A stretch of 63,975 nt of DNA, counting the filler, from Bigelowiella natans CCMP2755 (Eukaryota > Protista > Cercozoa), in the NCBI GenBank assembly GCA_000320545.1. It is 5 parts of 5 records of this genome, joined end to end, with 100 filler letters (N's around TTAATTAATTAA, not from the genome) between each part and the next. Parts side by side here need not be neighbours in the genome. Positions count along the whole stretch, not along the records: positions 21,095 to 45,349 come from ADNK01003284.1; positions 45,450 to 61,217 come from ADNK01003246.1; 3 more parts are not named here. One strand, written 5' to 3'. The notes below the pieces were generated by a model. That model was not told the DNA's origin. It made no database searches and saw nothing but the letters and a program-made list of their open reading frames with translations. Of the stretch, positions 43,973-57,931 are shown piece by piece (within the stretch, counting starts at the first letter, position 1; every line of letters begins with the position of its first letter). The position numbers and the translations under genes were made by a program.

Positions 43973-44718
43973 ATGCGAAGAAGGCCTACAGGAGCAAGCG
44001 ATGATTCTATTAGCAGTGCCACTACTGATGGAAACGGGAGCTTCTGGGAAACCAAAACAGTCACGTCGAGGATTAAGAGGATTACACAAATAGTCCTGTT
44101 AGTGTGCGTAGTAATGGCTCTAACCTACACTCTCAACGGTATTTTCACTGTAGTATTGGTGTGTGTCTGTATGATGTTATTTTGAGATGTTATTGTGTAA
44201 CAGGTTCATCAACAGGGAAGGTAAAGGGGTTACGCCCTCATAATCCCCCACATACACAGCTGGAAGTGGAAAATGGCGAAAGTTTACATGAAAACGTGTC
44301 GCAAGCAGGTGCAACACCTGGGGAAGGAGGGAATAATGTGGATGAAGATGATGATGTTTCCGATGCTGGTAACGATGTAACAGTAACACCTGTGCATAGC
44401 CACCCTAGAATTATCTTGATTGGCGTAGGGACTGGACGCTGTGGAACTTTAAGGTAAGAAGAAACGAGACATCTTAAAAATCGGAGGAAGGGAGGCTTTC
44501 CTTCGATTAAATTATAGCAACAGTGCTAATCGAATATGCAACGGCATATTATATATCATTGAATCGTTCCACAGTTTCTTTGACTCAACGACAAGGCTTT
44601 TAAAACTACTACTAATACACTGCATGTGCTTTTTTGTATGTCCTTTTTCTATACACAATACTGTTCAGCCTATCAGTGATACTGAGCCTCTTAAGAAGTT
44701 CTCATGTGACTCACGAGG
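43973..44718 (+). CDS. Type II membrane sulfotransferase-like protein (partial)
   Basis: N-terminal TM (IVLLVCVVMALTY), an acidic stem, then IILIGVGTGRCGTL|SLSVILSLLRSSHVTHE, resembling a 5'-PSB loop followed by HE. Confidence 0.6.
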
Positions 44719-44961
44719 TCTTACTCAGATATTTCGAGAATATGAGAGAGAATAGAATAATGAATCAATAAGTAGAATAGAATTATACAATATTTTTACA
44801 ACATAGTTCGTTTATAAATTGATAAATATGAAATCTTCCATATTTTTGTTTGCTTTGGTGGCTTCATATGACAGTATCTGCATTCGGAAATCTGCAAGGA
44901 ATGGTCATCATAAATACAATCACACACACAGATATATATTTATTTATTTATATTTATATAA

Positions 44962-45006
<45 letters not shown>

Positions 45007-45321
45007 GTGTGTGTGTGTGTATATATATGTATGTGTGTGTGTGGATTTGTGAATGCAGATACTGTTATATGGAGCCACCAGAGCGCACATACAGATGTAA
45101 GATGCCATATAAGTAAATAAATATACGAACGATGTTGTATATATATTTTTATATACGATCCCACTTGTTGATATATTGTTCTATTCTCTCTCATATTCTC
45201 GAAATATCTGAGTGAGACTCTCGTGAGTCTCATGATATCTGAGTGAGAGGCGTGTGTCACTGAGAGGCTGAACAGAGTGTGTGTAGACAGAGGACATACA
45301 AAAAAGCACATGCTGTGTATT
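44614..45321. repeat. Imperfect ~700-bp inverted duplication centred on a (TA)n tract
   Basis: 44614-44892 is a diverged reverse complement of 45043-45321 (e.g. ctcagatatttcgagaatatgagagagaatagaa / ttctattctctctcatattctcgaaatatctgag). Confidence 0.85.
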
Positions 45322-45349
45322 GTAGATTTACAAGCAGCGCGGGGGATGT

Positions 45350-45449
45350 NNNNNNNNNNNNNNNNNNNNNNNNNNNNNNNNNNNNNNNNNNNNTTAATTA
45401 ATTAANNNNNNNNNNNNNNNNNNNNNNNNNNNNNNNNNNNNNNNNNNNN
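45350..45449. other. Artificial contig linker
   Basis: N44-TTAATTAATTAA-N44. Confidence 0.95.
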
Positions 45450-45764
45450 CCACTACGCGGGCACAAGTCACGTGCGACAACAAAGGGGTTGTCGCGGATA
45501 TAGAATATAGATAACGTAGATATTAATACAGCATAGGCACGTGGGTTCCGGCGGGACTCATGGCAGCACACCGGAAGTGTGCTGCCCCACGTGCGGCGGC
45601 ATTCGCGAAAGCTTCGCGAATGATTACGCAGTGCACGATTTAATAAAAATATAATCTTTAATAAAAATAAACACAACTCTTCAAAAGGAAGCAAACGTGC
45701 CTTTCCCCCCCCCTGCCTACTTGTGCACGTAGCGCCTCGGCCTGTGAACACCTTACGCGCAACA
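45450..45764 (+). mobile_element. 3' part of a second copy of the same LTR (3' LTR or solo LTR), cut by the contig edge
   Basis: 315 bp apparently identical to the reverse complement of 1222-1536. It ends in CAACA and is followed by non-PBS sequence. Confidence 0.9.
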
Positions 45765-46751
45765 AATGCAAGCACATGCACGCGTTTTTTTCGTGCAAAC
45801 GCTTTGCAATGATCACACAGTGCATGAACACACTGAAACAGCAAAGCATGACAAGACAGTGCGTCCACAGTCCGTGCGAATGCGTGATTGCCATTTTCGA
45901 GTTTTCAAGTGCGCACGTCTAGACGTGATGACATCCGGGAAAATGGGACCACTAGACCAGCTAGCCAGCAGGTCACAATGTTGACTTTCAGGCTTGCTAG
46001 CTTGCTAGCTTGGTGCTGGTGTGTGCGCATGCACACGTGGCATGTTTCATTGGACTAGTGGACACTCTGCTAGTCTGGCACTGTCCATGTCTAGATGTAT
46101 GAAGTGGATTCGGACAACTTATTTGCGTCGTCATTCAGTTGAATGCTAGCACCATGCTTCAATAATAAAAAGGTGATGAGGTTTTTGGCCACATGCACTA
46201 GCACGCCGTGAGACAACGCTAGCATGCCATCAAGACAGATCTAGAGATCGTGTGCATGGGATGCTACATGTTGCATGTGCCGACATTTTGCGTGTTTAAT
46301 GCACTAGCTGTGTCCACAATGGACACTGCGTGCATCTAGTGCATGACACCCACACCCACACACAGCATGTTCAGATCTACCACATCCATAGCCTACATTA
46401 TCGCTCTCAAAACAAAGTCGTGATATGATCTAGACATGCGTATTTCATGCAAGGGCAAGACGCCATATTCAGCACGAAGCAAAATCAGTGTTTCTTCTTG
46501 CTGACGTATCGGAGGCCACAGTACTTGCAGGTCTCAGGCTCTCCCCATTTCACCTTTTATGAAAGAATCATAGTAGAGAGAATCGATTTTTACTATGGAT
46601 GTAAACAGTATTCATACCCATCTGTTCACGCAAATTTTTTGAACACCCACAAAATGGACTACCTTGTTAAGTTGGATGTATTCGGTGGGATGGGAAGACG
46701 TTGGAGATGCTGTGATATTCATACACGACGAAAGTCTTATGCAAACTTCAA

Positions 46752-46792
<41 letters not shown>

Positions 46793-48059
46793 CAAAACAC
46801 AACACACTCACACGCACGCACATATTACATGCATATATATCCCCAACCTAAACACAAACGCCCACACAAAGTGCGCATAAGCATGCAGATAACATCATAA
46901 ATTTGTAGTTTACCCCCGTTGCAGATCGCAAGATCGCCATCGACTTCGATCGGGGGAATCTCCGCAACCAAATCCATGGGAGTCTTAATCGGCTATTGTC
47001 ACAGAATTTACAAGCGTGAGCTCCAATTTTCCCTCTCTCATAGAATAGATGATTAGACACCCCGTTTGGTGAGATTTCATCCATGTAGGTTGAACTTAAA
47101 AATTCAGATAAACCTGAGCTTGAGTTGAGAATCCATGCGAAACTGCTCTAAGTCTCATACCGGTGAAAGAACGGCGCACTGGCATCAAAGATGATGAAGG
47201 CTCAGTTGTATGGAAGTACGGTTATGTAATTTATGTTCATCAAATTAATCCCCCCCTGCTATCTGCCCTTCATAGATCTCTTTCAAATGGTTCTTTGTTC
47301 CCGGAAAATAATCAAATTCGTGGGAAAGAATGTAGATGGAAAATAACGAAAAAGAATCAATTCTGATAGGGCAGGCCCGAGGGCAGACAACCGAAGAGGC
47401 GGGTGGGGGCCAGGGCAAGAAGACGCATCGCAGCTTCAGATTTAGGTTATGCCATGAATAATCTCGATTCATTCGTTTTCAGGGTGTTTGTGTACAAACT
47501 AGAAATTCAATTATTGTCTCAGCAAAAAACGGATCTTGCTCATCCCCAAAATTTACGAATTCCTGTCCCTTCCAAACTTATCGGCCTTCGTAGCGGGCCC
47601 TCTCCTAAACCTACGACAGATAATGAGAACTTAGCCAAAGGGGAATTTCGTTATTGCGACAAGTAAACCGTACTTGCTTTCTAGATGATATTCCACCACG
47701 AATACATCTGAACCAACGCTGTAATCCTCCCTCAAAAATGCACATTTTCCTATTCTTATGACTTTGCATTTAGGGCAAATGGACATACTTTTTGGTCGGT
47801 TATTCTTCGGTGTTATTCTTCGGTGTTGGTGCATCATCAGATTCAAGCTCAACCATTCTCGCCGAGGACTGCAACCCTCCCTCCCCAAAAAGAGAGCTCA
47901 CGCCGACAGGGTGCTGTGTTCGCCGACCCCTCCTTCCGCCATGGATACTATTTTCCCCTGAAGATTAGGCAATCATACCTCGAGTCAACCAGGAGCAGAA
48001 ACGAATAGGATAGTCGTGTGAGCATTGGACCCTAACAGGGTTTCGTGCAGGGAGCAGAT

Positions 48060-50424
48060 ATGAAGACGGTCGCCCCAGGTATACTCGGACTCGGGATGTT
48101 GGCGGTATTCTTTCTAGGAAGCGAGAAAGCTCAAGCATGCACCACGTTTGTCGTCACGCGAAAGGCTTCGAAATGCGGCTCTTTATTCGTAACGCACAGC
48201 AACGATTGGGGTTAGCAAAGCAACACGTTGCACTGTGAGCAGCATGGTAACAATTGGTTCTTTAGGCTCAGACCCATACCCAGGAACAATCACTCTCATC
48301 CCCTCAGAGATTCATCGCGCCAACGCAACACGAGCAGTATCAAGGGGAACAATTCCGCAAGTAGTCGCGACATAACGTCATGTAAACACACTGCTCCTTG
48401 TATTCCAACCTCCCCTCTCTCAAAATAGGTCAGGAAGACTTACCAGTACCTAACCGGAGGGTACGGTGCGGTGAATGAGTACTCGTTGGGCGTCGCTGAA
48501 TCGACGTGCAGCAACAAACCATGGCCAGCGAGCGCCAAAGGAAGTTCTAAGAATGAAGGTTGGCGAGTAAGAACAATGGGTGTGAATGCGGGTATATCCG
48601 TGTCCCTGCCTCTAAAGAGTATATCGTGACTGCTATACATATTGGCTGCGCAGATGATATCCTATTCCGCTTTTCTTTCGAACAAACCAGGTATCCTGAA
48701 TATTGTTGACTTGTCGAAGATTGTTCTAGAGAGGTCGACCTCCGCAAGGGAAGGCATATTGACGATGGGGGAATTGGCGGAGAAGTACGGGTAGGGAAGC
48801 AAGCCATGCTACAGAAGTCCACACGATGTGTTTTCAGCAGCCCATTCGGCATTTAACACAGCATTACAAAACAAAAGTTCAAGCACATGTATGCTTGATT
48901 GTGTGTTGGTTAATGCAATCCGCGACCGAGTGTGTTGATGCTACTTTCTACTACCATAGCTATCAGGACAACGCCGAGTCACTGCTAGTGACGGATAAGA
49001 ACGAAGCGTACATCTTCCACATTCTGGAGTCATCTCAGCCGATTGGCGCTGTGTGGGCTGCCCAAAAGGTCCCGGACGGCCACATCGCTGCCGTCACCAA
49101 TGGCTTCACCATTCGCGAAATCGATTTCCAAGATCCCTCTTCGTTTCTCTTCTCTGAAAACATGGTCTCGGAAGCTATTGCAGCCGGCTTCTACCACCCC
49201 TCGTCCTCCCCATCCTTCGATTTCACGAAGGTGTTCGGCGGCGGGGGCAGCGGGCCCCAGTACGCGGTGGGGCGGAGAATGTGGCGCATCTACAGCCTCC
49301 TCTCCCCCCTCTCGGACTTGCCGTCGATCTACGAGGACTACGTTGCTGCAAGCCCTTATCCCGCCACTCTCCCCGTGCAGCCCAGCACGGTCAACAAGTC
49401 TTTGGTGTTCCGAACCATGCGAGACTTCTACGCCGGGACCAAGTACGCGCTGAACCAAGGAATGGCCGGGGGCTATGCCGGCACCCCCACGCGGTGGTCT
49501 CCAGGCCCCGGAGAACAAGAGGTGCATGGGAGGTGGGAACGACCGATTTCGTTGTACAGATCGCAGATCTCCTTCGTCATAGAGATGCCACCGCGTAGTT
49601 CTTCTCCGACGGAGCTGTCCTCCCCCCCCCCCCCAATTCTCCACTTCTCGCCGAACGCGGCGCATGCCGGCACCTACACGCCCCTGTCCCCCATGATGTC
49701 GAGGCTGCCGGACTCGGTGACGAATGCGACTAGCTGGGGGGCGATAGAACGGTGGTCTCTCGCATGGGCGACGCGGTACCTGTTCAACATCATGCAGATG
49801 CGCTTCGATCGCATGTACGAAGACTTCTCGGCAGCACGAGAGGCCTTTGAGGCGGACACCGACGAGATCCTTCAAAACCAAGTGCTAGGTGGCGGCGAGA
49901 AGAGAAGCCAGGATGAGGCAGGCACGGAGCCGTCTAGCGTTGTCCTTGATGCAGCGACGAGTATGGATACGATTCTGTCGTCGAGGGCCGATGAGGCGGT
50001 GAAGTGGCTTTGGTCTCAGTCGGATGTGCTATTCGCGAAGTATGCGAACAACGGCGGAGGGCCCGCTGGGTACCCAGAATGGTGGCTGTCCAGCCCGGAA
50101 GTGCGCTACGAAACGCCCAGGAATGAAAGCGATCAAGACGGCGATGGTGCCGCCCCCCCCGATGGAGCAGGGTATGTAAGCGCGGCTGAGACTGGGCCTC
50201 CTCGTGCAGCCCAAACAAAGGAAATGGATGTGAAGAAGGAGCCTGGTTCCGTGCTACGTCATAGAGCGAAGAGGGGAAGCGACATGCCTTCTGCCCCTAT
50301 TGATGAAGGTAAAAACATAGGTCCATTTGGGATCTCGAGGATGATGATCCCTCAATTGCGAAAGTACTACCGCTACTTTTCGGCAACCTGGATGAAGATG
50401 AAGAGGCCCTTTCGTGGTAATTAG
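48060..50424 (+). CDS. Peptidase family C69 (secernin/dipeptidase, Ntn-hydrolase), secreted
   Basis: Signal peptide, then CTTFVVTRKASKCGSLFVTHSND, VNEYSLGVAESTC, VLERSTSAREGILTMGELAEKYG|Y, ESLLVTDKNEAYIFHI, VWAAQKVPDGH, RRMWR, WERPISLYR. Confidence 0.93.
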
Positions 50425-51436
50425 GAGAATTATTCCGTCGCGAGAAGCTATGTTGTCAGTACATCACGTGATTGGAAAGTTGTGTATCGCATGCCACAGC
50501 GTTGAGAGCATGCATCAAGGTATTATATGAATTTAAAAAAATGATGAAGGCAGAACCATAGACAAGGAGTACGCTGTATGATACATACACTTGTGCGTGC
50601 AAACATGTGACACATGTGTGTACCATATAGCATGTGCTTACTGGCACACCGCTAGACCGTGCTAGTGTGTCTGCAGTCATTATCAACATCTCGATCGATG
50701 CCAACATGCCTGCTAGCTTGGCTAATGGCTACCATGACTAGATGATTATCTCATTTCTAGACGTCGTTCCTTCTCTAGTTCTGATGCAAAGTGCCTGCTC
50801 TAGTGCCATCTAGCCATCTGTAGATCGTGAGAGCTAGGTGTGATAGCGATGCTTGCGTCCATGCGCAATCAAGCAATTCCAAAATGATGTCATGTTCGGC
50901 CCACGATTGAAGCCTAGCGTGCGCTAACATGCTAGCGTGCAACGAACTTGGCCCTTTGACCGCACTAGTGCACAGCAGCATGAACATAAACATCTGCGAA
51001 CGTGTCGATCATGCTTGCACGTTTTTTTGTGCCGTCGATGCGATTGTTCATGCCAATGACATGCCTGCTGTCTAGCTAGCTAGCTGTGCAGCAGTCTAAG
51101 AGCTTTGGAGTTCTGTCAGTCTAGAGGCGGTATGGTATGGCATGAGCATGTGTGATGACCAGATGAGAACGCAGTATGATGGCAATCACCATGAAAAAAG
51201 ATGAGGGTGTGAGGAGCGAATCTCCAATCTCCACCCTCCACCAATGCCTCAAAACCCGTTCAGGTTTTCCAGCTCTCAACATTTAAACCAAAAATCCATT
51301 GAATTATTCCGCCTGCGACAAGAAAATCACACGTTGTCGTAGCATCAGAACCGCAATCGTTTCACCCACATCCGAACGAACATCAAGACCGGCTGCAACC
51401 AATGAAGCCTTCCGTTGGTTGGCTGGGATTTCGCAT

Positions 51437-53133
51437 ATGACGGCAGAGGGGCAGGCTTGGAGGAGCCGACCCCGTCTGTTGCTAGTAGCATTAGTTATCA
51501 GCGTCTCTGCCGGTTTCTTCTCCTCGTTTTTCTTGAATGCGGTTGTCGGCAGTGATCTGTTCGGGGAGAGGCTGATGACTCCGATCCCGATGAACACCAC
51601 CGATGAATTTGGACAAGAGGTGAGTGTTTGTTCCTTCATGCGTGCAGTGCTGATAGGCATTAATGATCAGCAACTCTGTTGGCATTGTTGCTGCGGTCAT
51701 CATGTTCTCCACCGTGACAAGAATCGTCCTCATCATTATCGTCATCGTCATCATCATCATTGTCATCATCGTCATCGTCGTCGTCATCATCATCGTCACC
51801 GTCCTCGTTCCCACCATTGCAGACTCTGTCGGCAAAGGAAAAGGCGGTGCATTCAGAAGGCGCTCTTACCTCGCCCCCCAGTGCCCCCCCTCGCCGTCAT
51901 TTATCATCATCCCCATTGCGGGTGAGCAGTCTGGGCCTGAGGCGGCAAGAACTCGGTAAAAGCAAGTTAGCAGCGGAAGGGATGTATGGGAAGTACGCGT
52001 ACGAAGAACAGTTCTTATATTGTCCGAATCTCGAAGTCCTATTCATCTGGTTTGATATGCGTTTGTTCCCCCATCGGTGGATGTGAGCGGTCTCCGGTCG
52101 GAGAAGTAGAAGAGTGAAGAAAAAACACGTGGGGAAAGTTTTATTCATCTACGGCGTATGTGTTGGTTTGTGGCAGGTGTCGTGGAGATGATGCAATCGC
52201 CGAAAATTGTTTCAAAGTAAATATCGTCAAAAACTAGCCTAACCCTTCCTTTCTACAAGGGCTCGTGCTTTCATACTTCTCTCTCTCTATATATATATAT
52301 TTATTTATATATGTTTGTGAGTGTGTGTGTGTGTGTGTGTATGTGTGTGTGCTGGGAAAGAGCTGAACCTAGTAACAACGAAATCATAGATAACTTATTG
52401 ACCCGCACAACAAAGCAATAGAGATCATCGATGTCCTCCTCGCTACCACTGCATTTCTTCCAAAGTCCACTAGCTTGGAAAATAATACCGTGATGAGAAA
52501 TCCAACCTCCATCTTTCTTGCAGGGCTGCTGGTTCTCCATTGATGCTAATCTCGTCGTTCATTGTGCGCGGACAGCAACAACGAGGTGCTATGTCAGCTT
52601 TATATAATTGATTTATATTTTCATTGATTGAATGGATGTGTATTCGTCATTTTCCCCCAGCTATATTTCTGCTCAACTCGTGTAAAAACCACGGCGACGA
52701 CGATGACGAAGCTGTTCAAAGTTAGCAATATGCAATACAGCCTTGTAGCTTTTAGGCCTTCATCCGCCCCCCCCCCCCCAACTCAATCCCCTCTTCTCTT
52801 TCTCTCTCCCTCGTCTCCTTTGCTGGCTATACATGTGCAATTTCGCATCCCTTTTATTCTGATGCCTGGCGCAGCCTTTTATGAAACCACGCACGCAACG
52901 AGATTGCGCAACACTGCCGAACGCCTAACCCTCACGACGTATGCCTCACATAGGTGAGGAATGTCCAATGGGAGGCTACAAGCTACCTGCCGACTCTCTT
53001 CATTTCACACTCACGCGCACAGCAGCCGCAGCAGCAGCACCTGTGCACGTACGAGCAACAACGGAAGGAGGCATTGGATTTATCCACGCTGCTAGTGATG
53101 ACGAAGATCGAGCTGAAGTCGGTGAGAGTAGCG

Positions 53134-53165
<32 letters not shown>

Positions 53166-54666
53166 TCTCGGCGGGTGCAGGGCAATGGGTCAGCCTCCCT
53201 CCCATGTCGAATTGAAACCGATTTGCACATATCGCCGGGGCCTGGAGAGAGCGGAGAAGACGGCGACGCCATAGCACTCGATGACCGCGACGATGCGCGA
53301 GGAGAGTGTAGCTGCGCAGGTTCCACATGCACTCTTTACTTTATTAGGATCTTACGTCTCTAGACCGATGTGGAATGAATATAATCAAATAAATGATATT
53401 TTCCTATATGTGCTACACACATACAACAAGGCCTCTACCTGGTATCCTGCAGTCTTCCCCATGCCCCAGGCAATAGCACTGTAAACGAGGCGGCCTCAAC
53501 GGCTAAAACCGCCATTCGGCGTGGAAACACGCCAGGAGCGTATGCTGACCGCACACCTGTTCCTGGCCATTTCTCACTTACTCAAAGGAGACGGCCTAAT
53601 GATAATAATAATGATAAGAAGAAGAAGAAGAAGAAGAAGGAGAAGAAGACTAATTCAAAGCGAACACAAGGCGACCGAGGAGGAGAGGGGGGTGCGAGTA
53701 ACCACGGCGATAACGACGGCGAAATCATCGCTATCTGGGACAATCTGCTGCCTTTACAATACGGCTCTGTCGTTACGCACGGCGCTCCTTTTCACCATCG
53801 GCATGCTGCTGCGGGGCACTCTGCGACGCAGAGAGCGCACACGGCAGCGATTTGCACCGCTTTCAACCCGAAGTACAATAGGCGGGCAGAGGTGATCTGC
53901 CGTCACGGATTTTGCTAGTTATGCGAAGGGAGCGGAAAGATCTTTCTATGTATATATATATATATATTTATTTATTTATTTATATGTTTTTGCGTCTGTG
54001 TGTGTGTGTATGTGTGTGTGTGTGCGTGTGTGTGTGTGTGCAAATGTTCCATAGTTCTACATCTGCCAACATTGCTTTGTCGTTTCTCATCATGAGTTTT
54101 ATGGTGACGATAGATTTTATGCGTCTGTTAGGTCTTCGGATGGCTAGATTACCACAAAAAGCAGGTATTGAGGAGACGAACGTGCGGCGATGGTGATAGG
54201 CTGCGACGAAAGGGTTTTGGGTTTTAGAAAGGATTATGCATGCCTACGATGTCTTCCCGTGAGAAAACAGACTAGAAAGAACCGCTTGACAAACATCATC
54301 GATGGCTTTTGTTGAGGATATAAAATACACTGTTTGGGTTATTTGAAGGCGTTTATGCGGTGGCAAAAATTGCCTTGGTCTTTCTCCTTCTCTTTCTTTC
54401 TCACCGCCCCCGCTCGCCCATGACCCTTCCAGTGCGCTGTACGCGTGCTATTCTCTGTGAATTTGAGGATTTTATACCCTCGATCGCGTTTGTGTGCGTT
54501 TCTTGCCACGATACGTGATGTTTCGGCGTGGTATGCGCAGGGATTCGCGCACTTCTACATCTACCTTTGGGGCTATAATGACGATGATGCCTCTCCGGAC
54601 GATGTAGACAACGGTGATAGTCGAAGCTCTGGTAACCATGCGCAGGTACCGCAGCTGTTTGGCACA

Positions 54667-54708
<42 letters not shown>

Positions 54709-54921
54709 AATTGTATATTATATATGTATAATTTTATATATTGGAAGCGTGCCTTCTATGCACGTAGCAATGCGGACGCTAAATAATGCGGTATGAAACG
54801 TAAATCGTTAGGAGGATTCTGCTCACCGTCGCCTGAGGCTCTTTCTTCGCGACATTGCTGAATGGGAAAAGGCAGGTGAGAAGTGGTGTGACAAAACGCG
54901 GATATGAACGGAAACATTCAC

Positions 54922-54961
<40 letters not shown>

Positions 54962-55236
54962 AACGCCCTTCTTCCTCCCCCCACCCCCCCTTCTCTTCCT
55001 CTAGGCTACGTGACAGTCATTCCATGGACGAGGCAGTTTGGAGGTAGAAGAGAGCATGCCGACGATAACGAAGGCGGTGTGATTATTATGTGATGATGAT
55101 GATGTTGATGATGCGGAGGGGGGGGAGAGGATGATGCTCATGATGATGATGATGATGATGATGCTGCTGCTGGTGGTGCTGATGAGGATGTTTGGAAATA
55201 AAAGGACCCATCACGTATCTCTGTGCTAGTATTTTG

Positions 55237-55272
<36 letters not shown>

Positions 55273-55327
55273 CACTATTATGAATCTATGCACAATTACA
55301 CAAGCTCTCCCTAAACTGCATACATAG

Positions 55328-55368
<41 letters not shown>

Positions 55369-55700
55369 TGTCGGGGGGGGGGGGGGGGATGATTTTTGCG
55401 AGCGCAGGAAATTTCGAGTGCAATTTAGACTCATCGCACAACTGGGACTCTATTTATAGGTATGGCCCTCCACAACACAAAACGTGCGTGGTGAGCATAA
55501 TTAGATAAATCAAGAAATAATGCCAGAGATTTGTGTTTCCTACGATGGAAAAACTTTCATTTCCCCCAAAAGCCTGGCTTCATCTCACTGGCAGCTTGCG
55601 CGCCTCCCCCCCCCCTCCCCCCTTTCTCCCTTCTTACTCCTCATAGGGCAAGAGACGCGGGGTATAGCTGGGTAGGCTTGCACACGCACACGCGCACGCG

Positions 55701-55731
<31 letters not shown>

Positions 55732-56093
55732 GCCTTCGCCTTTTCCTTACTCGTGGGACTTCCAAACAATATATTTAAACTTTTTGCTATTTTTCCATCC
55801 AAGAAGACACCAGCGGAACTTCTGATTCTACTATTTCTGTTGTGATTTATCTCTTTTATGCACTTGGGGGGGGGGGGGGTGAATGGACTTACGAGAAACA
55901 GGAGCTAGATCTAGTGTGTGTTGTTTCTTGCCGCGAAGTGTGCAATTGATAATGCCTTGGTCACGACAAATCATTTGGAATAAAGCAAAGAAAGGAGAGT
56001 CGGCTTATACCCCCCCCCCCTCCCCTTTGCGTTTGAATTCTTCAGCTCGCGAACAGTCATGTCGATGAGTTCCTCCGGCCGGGTGCGCAATCG

Positions 56094-56144
<51 letters not shown>

Positions 56145-56943
56145 GCATTTGTATTGTTGTCACCTGCCTTCTCCGTGTACTCATCATGCCGCAAGTGTTG
56201 TAAATTGTAAGGACAATGCGTGTTTGCTACATCCACATATGTGCGCACTTCCATGCAGGTCGTGACTATGTGAGCGTCCAGCAACTGTTAGAGGTGTGTG
56301 TGTATACTATCGCTAATAACGATGGAACATTGCGACTTTCCCTTCGAAATACCGGCGACGGCTTCAGATTTATCTTCGACGTTTAATTGCCCTGCGCAAC
56401 ACGCCCTGACCATGCTCGTAGCGTGCTTCGTTGAAAATGGTGACCTGGGAACTAGAATAGCGAGCGATAACCGGAGTGTACATTGCAGGCTGCCGAGGAC
56501 AAAATTGACGCTATTGCAGCTTATGAGTATCACTGGGGTCAGTGCATACTATACACACACATTCGAATGTAACTTGGCTATTTCCTATTTTGGCTATTTT
56601 CCAGCGCACTAACGTTATGAAATCATGCTCTGCCTCATTGAGCTTTGCTGGCTCTGCCTCCTTCTCAGTTGAGTATGAGGAGACGGACGAAGAGGCGCTG
56701 GATACGAATCCGATGTGTGTACTGCGAGTATGCTGAGAAAAATGATGATTGTGATTACGTCATGGGAGTGGATCCGGCAAGAAAGCAATGGAACGCTATT
56801 GGCTTGTCGTCTCGTAGGAATGGCCTCTTATCGTGAGCCGGATGGGAATCTGCTCACCGATTTTTTTGTTATCCTGCCATTTGACTTTGCGGCATAGCTG
56901 CAATCGTCATATCGACGTTATTCTTAGTGTTACCATATTATTG

Positions 56944-56980
<37 letters not shown>

Positions 56981-57098
56981 CCCCATCGGCATGATATCTA
57001 CAGGTATACATTTGAGCGAGTGCTCTCAGGGACGCTGCGACGCCCATCGGTATTGAGAGATGACAGCTACTGGCAAAACACACACGCACACACACACG

Positions 57099-57135
<37 letters not shown>

Positions 57136-57891
57136 TTGCGGAACGTATTTTTCCAAGGTGCCATGGACTAGAATCGACCCAATCAGCAACCAATCATTCC
57201 AAGCATTCCTCGCAGAAGAAGGTGGCTTTTCTCGCTCACCACCAACGTTAAACAGACAAATGCAAACATCAATAAGTACAACAAAATAAAACAACAACAT
57301 CAACGACAATCGCAATCGATTTTCTATTTTTTGCTGCTTCATTGCACTTGGTTGTTGGCAAAGCAGCAAAGGGGCCGAAGCGGGAAAAGCGCCTGAACTT
57401 GTGGGCTTATTCCCAGCCATTCCAGGTCGTGTTTACTCCTATGCTACTTCGTCGTAGATCTAGATCGATGCTGCAGGGCAGATGTACAACTGTCATGGTG
57501 CTTTTCCAGCGAAATATAATTTTTGTAAATATATGTATATGTATATGTATATGTATATATATTGCAGCGTCTTCATAGCATAATCTCTTGTTGTTCCGTC
57601 GCCGAACGATTCTTAAAGAAACACGTCGCTTTGAACGTCAAATGAGAATAGATTTTTATATCGTTTGACGCTATTCGTAATGCGGCATTCTTTCGTGGTT
57701 TGGTGCTTTGTGGTGTCTGGTTTTTAGGAGATAATTCGTCCTGAAAGGTAACGTTTGAGCGCCTAACCTCTGTGCCGTGTATGGCGAAAATCTTGCTCGT
57801 GGTTTCTTCTAATCAATCTGCGACTCCTCGCAATAATAACTAAACATATAATGACAATGCGAAGATGCACTTCTGCAAAAGCTGCATGCAG

Positions 57892-57931
<40 letters not shown>

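Noticed and set aside
46450-47960. Coding-like fragments upstream of the C69 gene
   Set aside because: Stop-riddled with no recognisable family, so no call is supported.
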